NCBI GenBank assembly: GCA_000151265.1
Contig: GG663739.1
Span: 412,071 to 444,070, forward strand
Source of the DNA: Micromonas pusilla
Lineage: Eukaryota
DNA length: 32,000 nucleotides
Direction: 5' to 3'
Shown: in pieces, positions 1-8,200 of the stretch
How the letters are laid out: each line of letters opens with the position of its first letter
How positions within the stretch are numbered: position 1 is the stretch's first letter
Made by a program: the position numbers and the translations under genes
Notes under the pieces: model-generated
Told to the model about the DNA's origin: nothing
Seen by the model: the letters and a program-made list of their open reading frames with translations, nothing else
Databases searched by the model: none

Positions 1-1
1 G

Positions 2-154
2 AAGATCATGCCGTCTCACGCGACGAAGCGCGCGAACCCGTTGAAGGACGGGAGCGTCGCGGCTGTCCCGGGGAAGGAGGACGCGGCGGCGACGGCGGGC
101 GCGCTGGCGAAGATGACCATGGAGACTGGTCCTCATACGACCGTGTTCGCGTGA
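2..154 (+). CDS. C-terminal end of an unidentified protein-coding gene entering from the left window edge (partial)
   Basis: Open frame from nt 2 (KIMPSHATKRANPLKDGSVAAVPGKEDAAATAGALAKMTMETGPHTTVFA*) with G/C-rich third codon positions and stop TGA at 152-154. It is absent from the ORF track because it has no start in the window. The last ~9 codons and the stop lie inside an introner-like fragment, so the real 3' structure is uncertain. Confidence 0.3.
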   Translation, partial: KIMPSHATKRANPLKDGSVAAVPGKEDAAATAGALAKMTMETGPHTTVFA

Positions 155-176
155 TGAACGCCGATCCTTAAGGACT
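125..176 (+). mobile_element. 5'-truncated fragment of the introner-like element (lacks the GTGCGTTCTATAC donor end and the whole 3' half)
   Basis: ACTGGTCCTCATACGACCGTGTTCGCGTGATGAACGCCGATCCTTAAGGACT aligns to the conserved core ACTGGTTCCCATACGACCGCGTCGGCGTGGTGAACGCCGATCCTTAAGGACT of the five full copies. Similarity stops on both sides. Confidence 0.55.
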
Positions 177-303
177 CCCCGGGCGGTCGCCGCGCGAGCG
201 CCGATAGGGGTGCGTGATGGGCGTGTAAACTGTATACTACTTTCACCCGTGTAACAAGAATCGAATAATCGAGAACACTCTGAGGGTACCCGATCCGCGT
301 CCG

Positions 304-2040
304 TCACAACGACACGGTGGACAGCCGCGCGACGACGCCGTTGCAGTGCGCCAACCCGACGACGCACACCGTCCGCGTCGGCGGCGCGTCGCTCTCGTCC
401 GCCGCCCTCGTCGCCGTCGCCGCCGCGTCGCCGATCTCGCCCTCGACGTCCGCGACCAAGTACCCCGCCGGGTGCGCGTTCAACGCGCGCGCCGTCGGCG
501 GCGTCGACGCGTCGTCGGCCTTCACGTACACCTCGAGCTTCCTCGCGCCGGTGACGGCGCGTTTTCCCTCCTCGCAAGACACAACCTTCGCGCGCCGCAG
601 CCACCGCTCTACCACTAAGTCCGCGGACCGCGCCGTCGCGTCGCTCTCGCCGGCGCCGCTCTCTCCGCCGGCTCTCTCGCCGCCGCCGCTCTCGCCGCCC
701 TGAACGCCGTCGAGCCACGCCTGGGAGACGTACCGACGGTTCACGCCGAGCACGCACCCGAGCTCGGCGCCGACGAGGTTTCCGCCGTTTTCGCGCGCGA
801 CGCGGTCCATCAACGCCAGCCACCGCGGCTCGAACAAGTTCAGTCGCCGCACCTCCCCGGGCGCCATCCGCCGCCTGAGCGTGAAGCACGGGATCCCCGG
901 CGGGCCCGCGGCGCGCTCGCGCGCCGCCGTCGTCGCCGCGTCCGCGTGGAAGACGTGCCGCACGCGTCGAAGCTCGCCGCGGTCGACGCCAGCGCACGCG
1001 GACGCGGCTCTCGCGCACGCGGCGGCGAGGACGTCGTCGCGGTCCAGCAGCAGCACCTCCACGGCGCGTCCGAAGACGAGCAGCGCGGCGGCGTCGAACG
1101 CGACGTCGATGACGTCGAGGAGCGCGCGCCACGGCGGCGACGCGGCGGCGAGCGTCGTCGCGGTCGCGGCGGTCACGTCGCCGCCGCCGCCCAGCCCGCC
1201 GCCGCCGCTGAGCGCGGCGTCGTACGCCGTCGCGATCAGCGCGACGAGCGCGACGAGCGACGGCCCTCGCAGCGGCGCGAGCTTCCCCGGGTCCTCCCGC
1301 ACGACGTCCGGGAACCGCACCGCGCCCGCGCCGCCGCCGCGCGGCCCGGGCCCGAGCCCGAGCCCGAGCGCGTTCGGAATGTGCGTCAGCGATCGAAGCA
1401 GACGCGGCGCGTCGAGGAGCTCGCGCGCGCTCGCGTCGAACACGCGCCGCCTGAGCTCGTCCGGGAGCGACCGCGCCTTGGCGTCGCCCAACACCACGAG
1501 CGCGCGCGCGGACTCCGCCGCGGACGCGCCCGCGAGGAAGTCCGCGCCGTACGACGCGCCGCGCGTCGACGACGTCGACGTGGCGAGGGCGAGGGCGAGA
1601 TCGGTGGCGACGATCGCGTCGAGACGCTCCTGGTCGAGCTCGAGGACGACCGCGTCCGGACGCACCGTCTCCACGACCGCGCGCACCTCCGCCGCGGACG
1701 CGCTGCCGGGCGTGTGCACGGTCCCGACGACGTAGAACTCGTGCCGGCGCCCGCGCGCGTCGACGCGCGTCAACGCGGCGACGCACGCGGGGAGCGTCGA
1801 GGTCGTCGTCGCCGTCGGAGCGGGCGCGGCTGCGGGATCGCGGCGCGCGGACGGCGGCGCGGACGTCGACGCGGACGCGCGCGCGGCGGCGGCGCGACGA
1901 CGGCCGGCGGACGCGCGCGCGGACGCCGGCGCCGGCGGCGGCCCGGCGCGCGTCGACGCCGCGGGGTGCATCGCGCGGGTTCGAGACGCCGCCGCCGCCG
2001 TGCCGTGCCTCCGATGGTGTGATGAGAGAAACGAGCTCAT
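304..2040 (-). CDS. TraB-family domain protein fused to a C-terminal LON N-terminal (substrate-binding, PUA-like) domain; probable organellar transit peptide
   Basis: Uninterrupted 578-codon ORF. FYVVGTVHTPGSASAAEVRAVVETVRPDAVVLELDQERL and LVVLGDAKARSLPDEL fit the TraB signature (GTxH..S...V...I....PD.V.vEL, vLGDR). IPCFTLRRRMAPGEVRRLNLFEPRWLALMDRV fits the LON N-domain signature (P.F.L....PG....L.IFEPRY). The N-terminus is Ala/Arg/Ser-rich. Confidence 0.75.
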   Translation of the reverse strand: MSSFLSSHHRRHGTAAAASRTRAMHPAASTRAGPPPAPASARASAGRRRAAAARASASTSAPPSARRDPAAAPAPTATTTSTLPACVAALTRVDARGRRHEFYVVGTVHTPGSASAAEVRAVVETVRPDAVVLELDQERLDAIVATDLALALATSTSSTRGASYGADFLAGASAAESARALVVLGDAKARSLPDELRRRVFDASARELLDAPRLLRSLTHIPNALGLGLGPGPRGGGAGAVRFPDVVREDPGKLAPLRGPSLVALVALIATAYDAALSGGGGLGGGGDVTAATATTLAAASPPWRALLDVIDVAFDAAALLVFGRAVEVLLLDRDDVLAAACARAASACAGVDRGELRRVRHVFHADAATTAARERAAGPPGIPCFTLRRRMAPGEVRRLNLFEPRWLALMDRVARENGGNLVGAELGCVLGVNRRYVSQAWLDGVQGGESGGGERAGGESGAGESDATARSADLVVERWLRRAKVVSCEEGKRAVTGARKLEVYVKADDASTPPTARALNAHPAGYLVADVEGEIGDAAATATRAADESDAPPTRTVCVVGLAHCNGVVARLSTVSL

Positions 2041-2126
2041 CGCGAGCTGAGGTGATCTTCAAAAAAAAACGCAACAGACGCCGACGAACGCGCACGAGGA
2101 GGAGGGAGGGAGAGACGCGTGCGCGA

Positions 2127-2161
2127 CGTTCGTTCGTTCGTTCGTTCGTTCGTTCGTTCGT
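2127..2161. repeat. (CGTT)n microsatellite, ~8.5 units, between the TraB-like gene start and the ankyrin gene stop
   Basis: Direct reading: cgttcgttcgttcgttcgttcgttcgttcgttcg. Confidence 0.9.
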
Positions 2162-2331
2162 CACAGGTGTGCTCTTCTGTTGTGTGTCGTCTTCGTTCAC
2201 GCCCTCGAGAGCTCGGCCTCGAGTCTGTTCACCGTCTCTCGCGCTCCGGTACGGCCGAGATCCCGCAAGTAGACTCGTCCAGCGCGCCGCCCCCTCGCGA
2301 CTATGCCCCCTCTCCTACCTCCGCAGCTATC

Positions 2332-3594
2332 CTACCCTAAACCCTGGTACGGCCTCCATCTTACCTCCGCAGCTATCCACCGCAGCACATCCCCGTGCAT
2401 GCGGATCCACGCTCGAGCTTTGCATTCCTCCGGATCCCACGGTGCATCGTTCGCTCGCGCCCACTGCAACACCTCCAGGTGGCCGCCACGCGCGGCATCG
2501 GCGCAAGTCCTCTCGTCCCACGGAGCGCCGTTCACGCGCGCCCACTTCAGCACCTCCAGGTGGCCGCCACCCGCGGCTTCGTGGCAAGTCTCCTCGTCCC
2601 ACGGAGCGTCGTTCGCGCGCGCCCACTTCAGCACCTCCAGGTGGCCGCCAAGCGCGGCTTCGTGGCAAGTCCTCTCGTCCCACGGACAGCCGTTCGCGCA
2701 CGCCCACTGCATCACCTCCAGGTGGCCGCCGCTCGCGGCAAAGGCGCAAGTCCACTCGTCCCACGGAGCGCCGTTCGCGCGCGCCCACTGCAGCACCTCA
2801 AGGTGACCTTCTCCCGCGGCATAGGCGCAAGTCCACTCGTCCCACGGGCATTCGTTCGCTCGCGCCCACTGCAGCACCTCCAGGTGGCCGCCTTCCGCGG
2901 CTGCGTTGCAAGTTCTCACGTCCCAGGGACAGCCGTTCGCGCGCGCCCACTGCAGTACCTCTAGTTGGCCGCCACGCGCAGCCTTCTTGCAAGTCAGCTC
3001 GTCCCACGGAGCGCCGTTCGCGCGCGCCCACTGGAGCACCTCCAGATGGCCGCCAGCCGCGGCATCGTGGCAAGCCCGCTCATCCCACGGACATCCGTTC
3101 GCTCGCGCCCACTGCAGCATCCTCAAGTGGCCGCCGCTCGAGGCCCAGGCGCAAGTCCACGCGTCCCACGGGCATCCTCGGGCCTTGGCCCACTTCGCGA
3201 CCTCCACATTCCCACCCTCCGCGATGCACATGAACGTCTTCGCGTTCCACGGACACCCTCGCTGATCCTTCGCCCACGCCAGCCTGCTGCTCGACCCGAC
3301 GAAGTTTGGCAACCTCCCGAGCTCCCTCCTCACCGCGGCGACGTCCCTCACGTCATGCTCGACGGGCGACGCGAAGACGACGTCGCGCATCTTTAGGTTC
3401 ACCGTCGCGAGCACCGCGAGGTCGCCGCTGTCGAGCCGCGAGAGCACGTGCGCGGCGAAGACGTCGGGCGCGTCCGCGGCGAATCGTTCCAAGCGCGAGC
3501 CCGCGTCGAGATCTGCGGAAGTCGAGCCGTCCCCCGCGATCTCGTCGCCGGCGCCAACGAGAAGCGCGCGCTTCTTCGGTCGCGAAGGCGACAT
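2332..3594 (-). CDS. F-box-like domain protein with ~9-10 ankyrin-type 33-residue repeats
   Basis: 420-codon ORF. The N-terminal APDVFAAHVLSRLDSGDLAVLATVNLKMRDVV fits the F-box pattern (LP.e....ils.L...dL..l..V.k.wr.lv). It is followed by tandem units of the form TC..AA.GGHLEVLQWARANGCPWDE with a 33-aa period, an ankyrin-like helix-turn-helix repeat. Confidence 0.8.
   Translation of the reverse strand: MSPSRPKKRALLVGAGDEIAGDGSTSADLDAGSRLERFAADAPDVFAAHVLSRLDSGDLAVLATVNLKMRDVVFASPVEHDVRDVAAVRRELGRLPNFVGSSSRLAWAKDQRGCPWNAKTFMCIAEGGNVEVAKWAKARGCPWDAWTCAWASSGGHLRMLQWARANGCPWDERACHDAAAGGHLEVLQWARANGAPWDELTCKKAARGGQLEVLQWARANGCPWDVRTCNAAAEGGHLEVLQWARANECPWDEWTCAYAAGEGHLEVLQWARANGAPWDEWTCAFAASGGHLEVMQWACANGCPWDERTCHEAALGGHLEVLKWARANDAPWDEETCHEAAGGGHLEVLKWARVNGAPWDERTCADAARGGHLEVLQWARANDAPWDPEECKARAWIRMHGDVLRWIAAEVRWRPYQGLG
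2394..3285. repeat. In-frame 99-bp tandem repeat array (coding ankyrin-type repeats)
   Basis: Recurrent ...cccactgcagcacctccaggtggccgcc... blocks every 99 nt. Because the units lack stops in several frames, ORFs 2019..3233, 2303..2806, 2395..2964, 2906..3265 and 2327..2788 are artefacts of the same array. Confidence 0.8.
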
Positions 3595-4015
3595 CGCGTC
3601 GCGGGGTCAGAGAGAACTTCGCGACGAGGCCGCGGAGGAGGAGGAGGAGGAGGAGGTGGCGTCGTCCCGCGCGCGAGGCGAGTGACGAGACGGGACGACG
3701 CGACGCGGGCGTTTTCGTTGTTGTTTGCGCTCTCGCGCTCGCAGGCGATTTTTTTTGACCGGCTCTGCGGTCGCTGCCTGCCGGTCGCGAAAATTTTGAC
3801 CGGCCCGGCGCCTGGTGAACGCAAAAACCAAGCCCTATTTCGCACCCTGGCTGGTACAGTCAGCTCCAGATCTGTCATCCCGCGAGCACGTGCGCACGCC
3901 GGCGACGAACCGCGTCGTCGTCCGCGGCGCGCTCACTTTCGCGCGCGACGACGCGTCGACGCCGCCGCGTTCCTGAAGTGCGACCGCGCCACGCGCGTCG
4001 GTCACGCCGTCCGCG
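3595..4015. promoter_or_regulatory. Divergent intergenic region (ankyrin gene leftward, rhodanese gene rightward), presumptive bidirectional promoter; contains (GGA)n at 3634-3656
   Basis: Lies between two divergently oriented start codons. Contains a local T-run (gattttttttgacc) and a GGA microsatellite. No motif-level promoter evidence. Confidence 0.3.
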
Positions 4016-5122
4016 ATGCTCGCACCGCGCGCGGTCCTCGCGCCGCGCGTCGCGCGCGCGTCTCGTTCATCGGCGGACGGGAAACAACAACCTTCGTCCG
4101 CCCGAACTACGACCACGTTTTTCCAACGCGCGCGCGCGACGAGACGTCGCGAGCGCGCGTTGCACGTGATGCGCTTGTACCCGGACGCGGGCTTCGTCGC
4201 GAAAGTGCAATCGAAATTCCCAGCCCAAGGCGTCGCGTCCGCGGAAGAAGGCCGGCGCGTTTCGCTCGACCACCGTCCGATCGAATCTCGCGCCCGCGCG
4301 GCGTTCGTCCCCGCGGTCGTCCACGTAACGCATCTTTCGCGAATGGAACGCTCCGCTCCCCGCGTCGACCGACCGACCGACCGACGCGTCGTCCATCCCA
4401 TCCCATCCCATCCCATCCCATCCCGTCGCGCAGATGCCTGTGGGACGACGGCTACGACATCCTCGACGTCCGCGCCGAGTCCGAGATCGACCACGCCGGG
4501 AAGTGCCCAAACCCCCCAGCGCCCGGCGCCGCCGCGGGGACGCGCGTCACGCGCGCGTGTCTCGTTCACGCCGAGCGTCGATACGACCCTGAGCTCAGGG
4601 AGAAGGTGTACGCGCAGTCGGGCGTGAACCCTTCGTTCATGGCGGACGTCGAGAAGGCGTTTCAGGACAAGAACGCGAAGATCATGGTCGTGTGCGGCGA
4701 CGGTCGCACGCGAGCGACGCGCGCGGTGGAGTTGATGCGCGCGGCCGGGTACGAAAACGTCGTCAGGCGCGTTCTATACACTGGTTCCCATACGACCGCG
4801 TCGGCGTGGTGAACGCCGATCCTTAAGGATTTTTGCCCGCGATTCTCTCCGTCCATCTCTCGCTTTCAACGCCCGCCCTCGACGCCTTTCAACTCCAACT
4901 GACGCCTTTGAACTTCACCCCGACGTTCGCTCGTACGGAACGACCCTCAGGCTGGAGGGCGGGTTTAACCTGTGGGCGAGAGCGTGGGATCAGACGATGC
5001 GACGGAGGAACCTGCCGGGGAGCTTCTCGCGCGGGTTCGACTCGCCGATGTTCGCGGACAGTAACGTCACGGGGGAGGTGTTTAACGTGGAGTGGAAGGA
5101 CGCGACGGAGTGGGCGGTGTGA
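4016..5122 (+). CDS. Rhodanese-domain (sulfurtransferase-like) protein, 3 exons, transit-peptide-like N-terminus
   Basis: Exon 2 is 4434..4766: CLWDDGYDILDVRAESEIDHAGK...KIMVVCGDGRTRATRAVELMRAAGYENVV. Exon 3 is 4951..5122: (R)LEGGFNLWAREW...EWAV*, stop 5120-5122. The join after removal of element intron 4767..4950 recreates the rhodanese end motif GYxNVxxLEGGxxxW. Exon 1 starts at ATG 4016 (MLAPRAVLAPRVARASRSS...). Its donor is unresolved; the candidates compatible with the only AG acceptor (4432-4433) are GC at 4255 and GT at 4303. Confidence 0.65.
4366..4424. repeat. Two adjacent microsatellites, (CGAC)5 at 4366-4385 and (CCATC)~6 at 4393-4424, inside rhodanese intron 1
   Basis: Direct reading. 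The 4- and 5-nt periods are incompatible with a conserved reading frame, which supports an intronic location. Confidence 0.85.
4767..4950 (+). mobile_element. Introner-like element copy A (184 bp) forming rhodanese intron 2; GC-AG boundaries
   Basis: GCGCGTTCTATACACTGGTTCCCATACGACCGCGTCGGCGTGGTGAACGCCGATCCTTAAGGA...AACTGACGCC...GTACGGAACGACCCTCAG. There are only 3 differences from copy B in the first 62 nt (by eye). Removal restores the rhodanese frame (phase 2). Confidence 0.85.
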
Positions 5123-5203
5123 TGAGACGAAGCTAGTACAAAGTACTGTACCATCTTTTGTTTCGCTCTTGAAACGGAACCGCCAGCTATTCTATGTCGT
5201 CTC

Positions 5204-8200
5204 TCACGCTCGCATCTCAAAGTCCGGCCGCAGCCCGGTCGCGACGAGGTCGGTGGTGTACGACGATGACCGCTCGATCCCCCCCGAGCTCTTCTTCGCG
5301 AGCTTACCACCGCTCGACCGACCGCCTTCGCCTTCGTCGTCGTCGTCGTCGTCGCCGTCGCCGCCGCCGCTCGGCTGACCCGTCCGCCCCTTCCACCTAC
5401 CCTCCTCGCTCCACACCTCGTGCGCGTCGAGCTCGTCCAGTAACAAGTCGTACACGTCGTCCGCGCGTAACTTACACCGCCGTTTAAATATCGTGACGTA
5501 CGCGCTCAGCAAGAACCCGTACCGCTCGTCCACGTGGAGGTCGAACCGCGGCGGGACGCCCTTGAACCTCGCCGCGTCCGCCGCCTCGGTCCACGTGTAC
5601 TTCTTCACCGTCGTCTTCTCGTCCTCGACGACGTCCACGGCCTCGATCTTCTTGGTCTTCAGGTATTTCTCGAGTTCATTCATGTCCACGCGTCCGTTTA
5701 TCGTGATCTTCTTGTTGTCCACCGCGCTCAGGGAGTACTTCTCCTGGCGAAGGAAGTAAATTAAGCCGCCGCCGAGGACGCCCCAGAAGCACATGTTGAT
5801 CGCGAACCACACCGCGGGGAGGGAGACCAAGTACGGGTTCACGAAGTCCGCGACGTACGCGATGTTCGACGCGACGCCGAGGTACCCTCCGAACGCGCGG
5901 TCGACGATGTCGAACGCGAGCTGCCCGGCGAAGATGACCTGCATGATCTCCAGCGAGGCGTGATTTCTCGCCTGCGCGCGAAACGCGTCTTCCAAGTTTT
6001 TGGTCGTCGCCTCGATGCCCTCGTTGATGTCTCCCTTGTTCGTCATCCCGATCACGTGCGCCATGTCGCGAAGCGCCTCGAGCTCGTTCGCGCACCCGAC
6101 GATCGTCTTCTTCATGTCGATCGCGCGCCTTCGAAGTTCGTTCTTCTGCACGTCGAGTCGCAGGACTTCGCGCAGCGCGAACGACGCGGGGTCGCCTTCG
6201 ATCGGCTCGGGTAAATCCACGCCGTCCATGCTCTCGGCTAAGAAGGACTGAATCTCGCCCAACGTGATGACGTCCTCGGTGCACGTGGACAGCGTCTTCC
6301 GAACGATCGCCATGTTCTCCGGGTTGTTCTGGTGGTGCTCGATCAGACCGCGTGTGCGGCGGAGGATGTCCGCGAGGATGAAGCAGCGGTTGAACACGCG
6401 TTTCATGAAAATCGAACGCGCGTGGAAGCTGCCGTGACACACGATAAACGCCTGGTGCCTGAGCGAGTTCGACCCGGCGAGGAACACGCCCATCTTGCCG
6501 ATGATTATTACCTCGTCGTCGCTCAGGTCGTGCCCGCTGTACGTGTCGCCGATGACCTGCTTCAGCTCGTTCTCGTAGTCTTCTTTGTCCATGTACTTTT
6601 CCGCGGGCATCTTCGGTCGCACCGCGTCCGCGACGATGCAGTTGAACTTGTCTCTGTTGTCCGAATCTCCTAAAAACGTCAGGTCTAACATCGCGCGCTG
6701 ATGCGCGGCGAACAAGTTCGACACCACGGTGCTGCTGTCGTCCATGACGTCCACGAGAAGACGCGACATGAGATCCAGGGATAGGTTGACTTTGATGCGG
6801 TCCATGATGGCGTCGATCTTCAAGCCGTACGCTACGAGGCCGTTCTCGTCGAAGTGCACGCCGAAGTTTTCAATCTGCAAGATCCCGTCGTCGTTCTCGA
6901 AGAACACCTCCGCCTCGAAGTTGATGTACGACGCCTCGTCGTAGTCGAGCAACCGCACCGCGGTCATGCCCTCGTTCTTCCCGGTGAACTGCGTGCTGTC
7001 CGGCTCGGCGTCGATCGCGGCTGTGAAAAAACCGCCCTGCACGCGCTCGCCGCTCCCGAGCTTGTCGTTCAGCGCCACGATCTGGTTCCCGCCCATCGGC
7101 ACCCACTCGCACGTGAGCAAGTACACGTCGTCGATCAAAATTTTCTCCTCGAGGCGGTCCTTGATGTTCGACGCGGCGAACTGCGCGAGATCCGCGCATC
7201 TCGCGGAGTTGTCCACGAGTTCCAAGTTGGCGACTCGAAGCGACGCGGGGACGAACGGCGACGAGACGTAGGACACCGTCTCGATGTCCGTGATCGTGCT
7301 CGTGCGCGCGTACCACCCGCTTCTCGTGTAAATTTTGAAGCTCTGCGACGCGGTCTGGTACGCGACGTCGACGAGGTCGCCCTCTTTGAAGATGAGCGCG
7401 TCCACGGCGTCGCGGCTCGCGTCGTCCAAGTTCGCCTTCAGGTAACTCAGCCCCTCTTCGCTTATCCGCAGCGCGACGCCGCTCTGGTAGCTCTCGGACG
7501 TGAGTTTCAGGTTTTGCACGAACCCAAACTCGCACAGGTCGTCGATGTCGTCCTGCCCTTCCTGCGACACGTTGACGTAAATTCTCTTCCCCATGACGAT
7601 CTGCGCCTGCGGCGCGTAGTCGTAATCGAACACCTCGTCGATGATGCCCTCGTAGATGAGCACGAGCAGCGGCTGGATCCGCACCCATCTGGTGCCGGGG
7701 GCGTGAGGAGGAGTCGTTCCGCCGGGGTCTTTTATGGTGTCGTCCGTGTATCGCTTGATCATGTAGAGGAGGCGGAGCTGTTCGAGGGTGACTTCTGATG
7801 ATTCCGACGATGAGGAGGAGGAGTTTGAACCCCGAGGGCTGCCGCCGCCATTTCCGTCGTTGTCGTCGTCTTTGTCGTCCTCCTCCTCCTCCTCCTCTTC
7901 CTCCGCGATCCCCTTCTTCTTCTTCTTCTTCAGCATATGATTCATATCGTGGTGGTGCGTCCCCGAGAGCCGTCGCCCGGTACCGGTGCCGTCGTCGCCG
8001 GTGAACTCGACCCTCCGCCTTATTCGCTCGCCGCTGTCGTTGAACGCGAGCGGCGTCTCCGGGGACGACGACGACGCGCTGCCTCCCAGGTCGCGCCTCG
8101 GGGAGAGGCTCTCGGTCACCGCGCGCGGGCCGCCGCTGCCGCCGCGCGTGAACGTCAACATGCCGCCGCCGCCGTCGTCGCAAGCCGGGGACGACGACGA

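Noticed and set aside
2394-3285. Regularly spaced 99-bp repeats as a CRISPR-like or satellite array
   Set aside because: The units are contiguous with no unique spacers, are in frame, and encode ankyrin-type repeats within a 420-codon ORF in a eukaryotic, intron-containing genome.
3448-4433. N-terminal ~330 codons of ORF 3448..4812 as part of the rhodanese protein
   Set aside because: The stretch spans the start of the divergent ankyrin gene and a GGA microsatellite, and is Arg-rich throughout. Only the part from 4434 onward shows rhodanese motifs. A separate Met-initiated leader in another frame (4016) plus an intron is more plausible.
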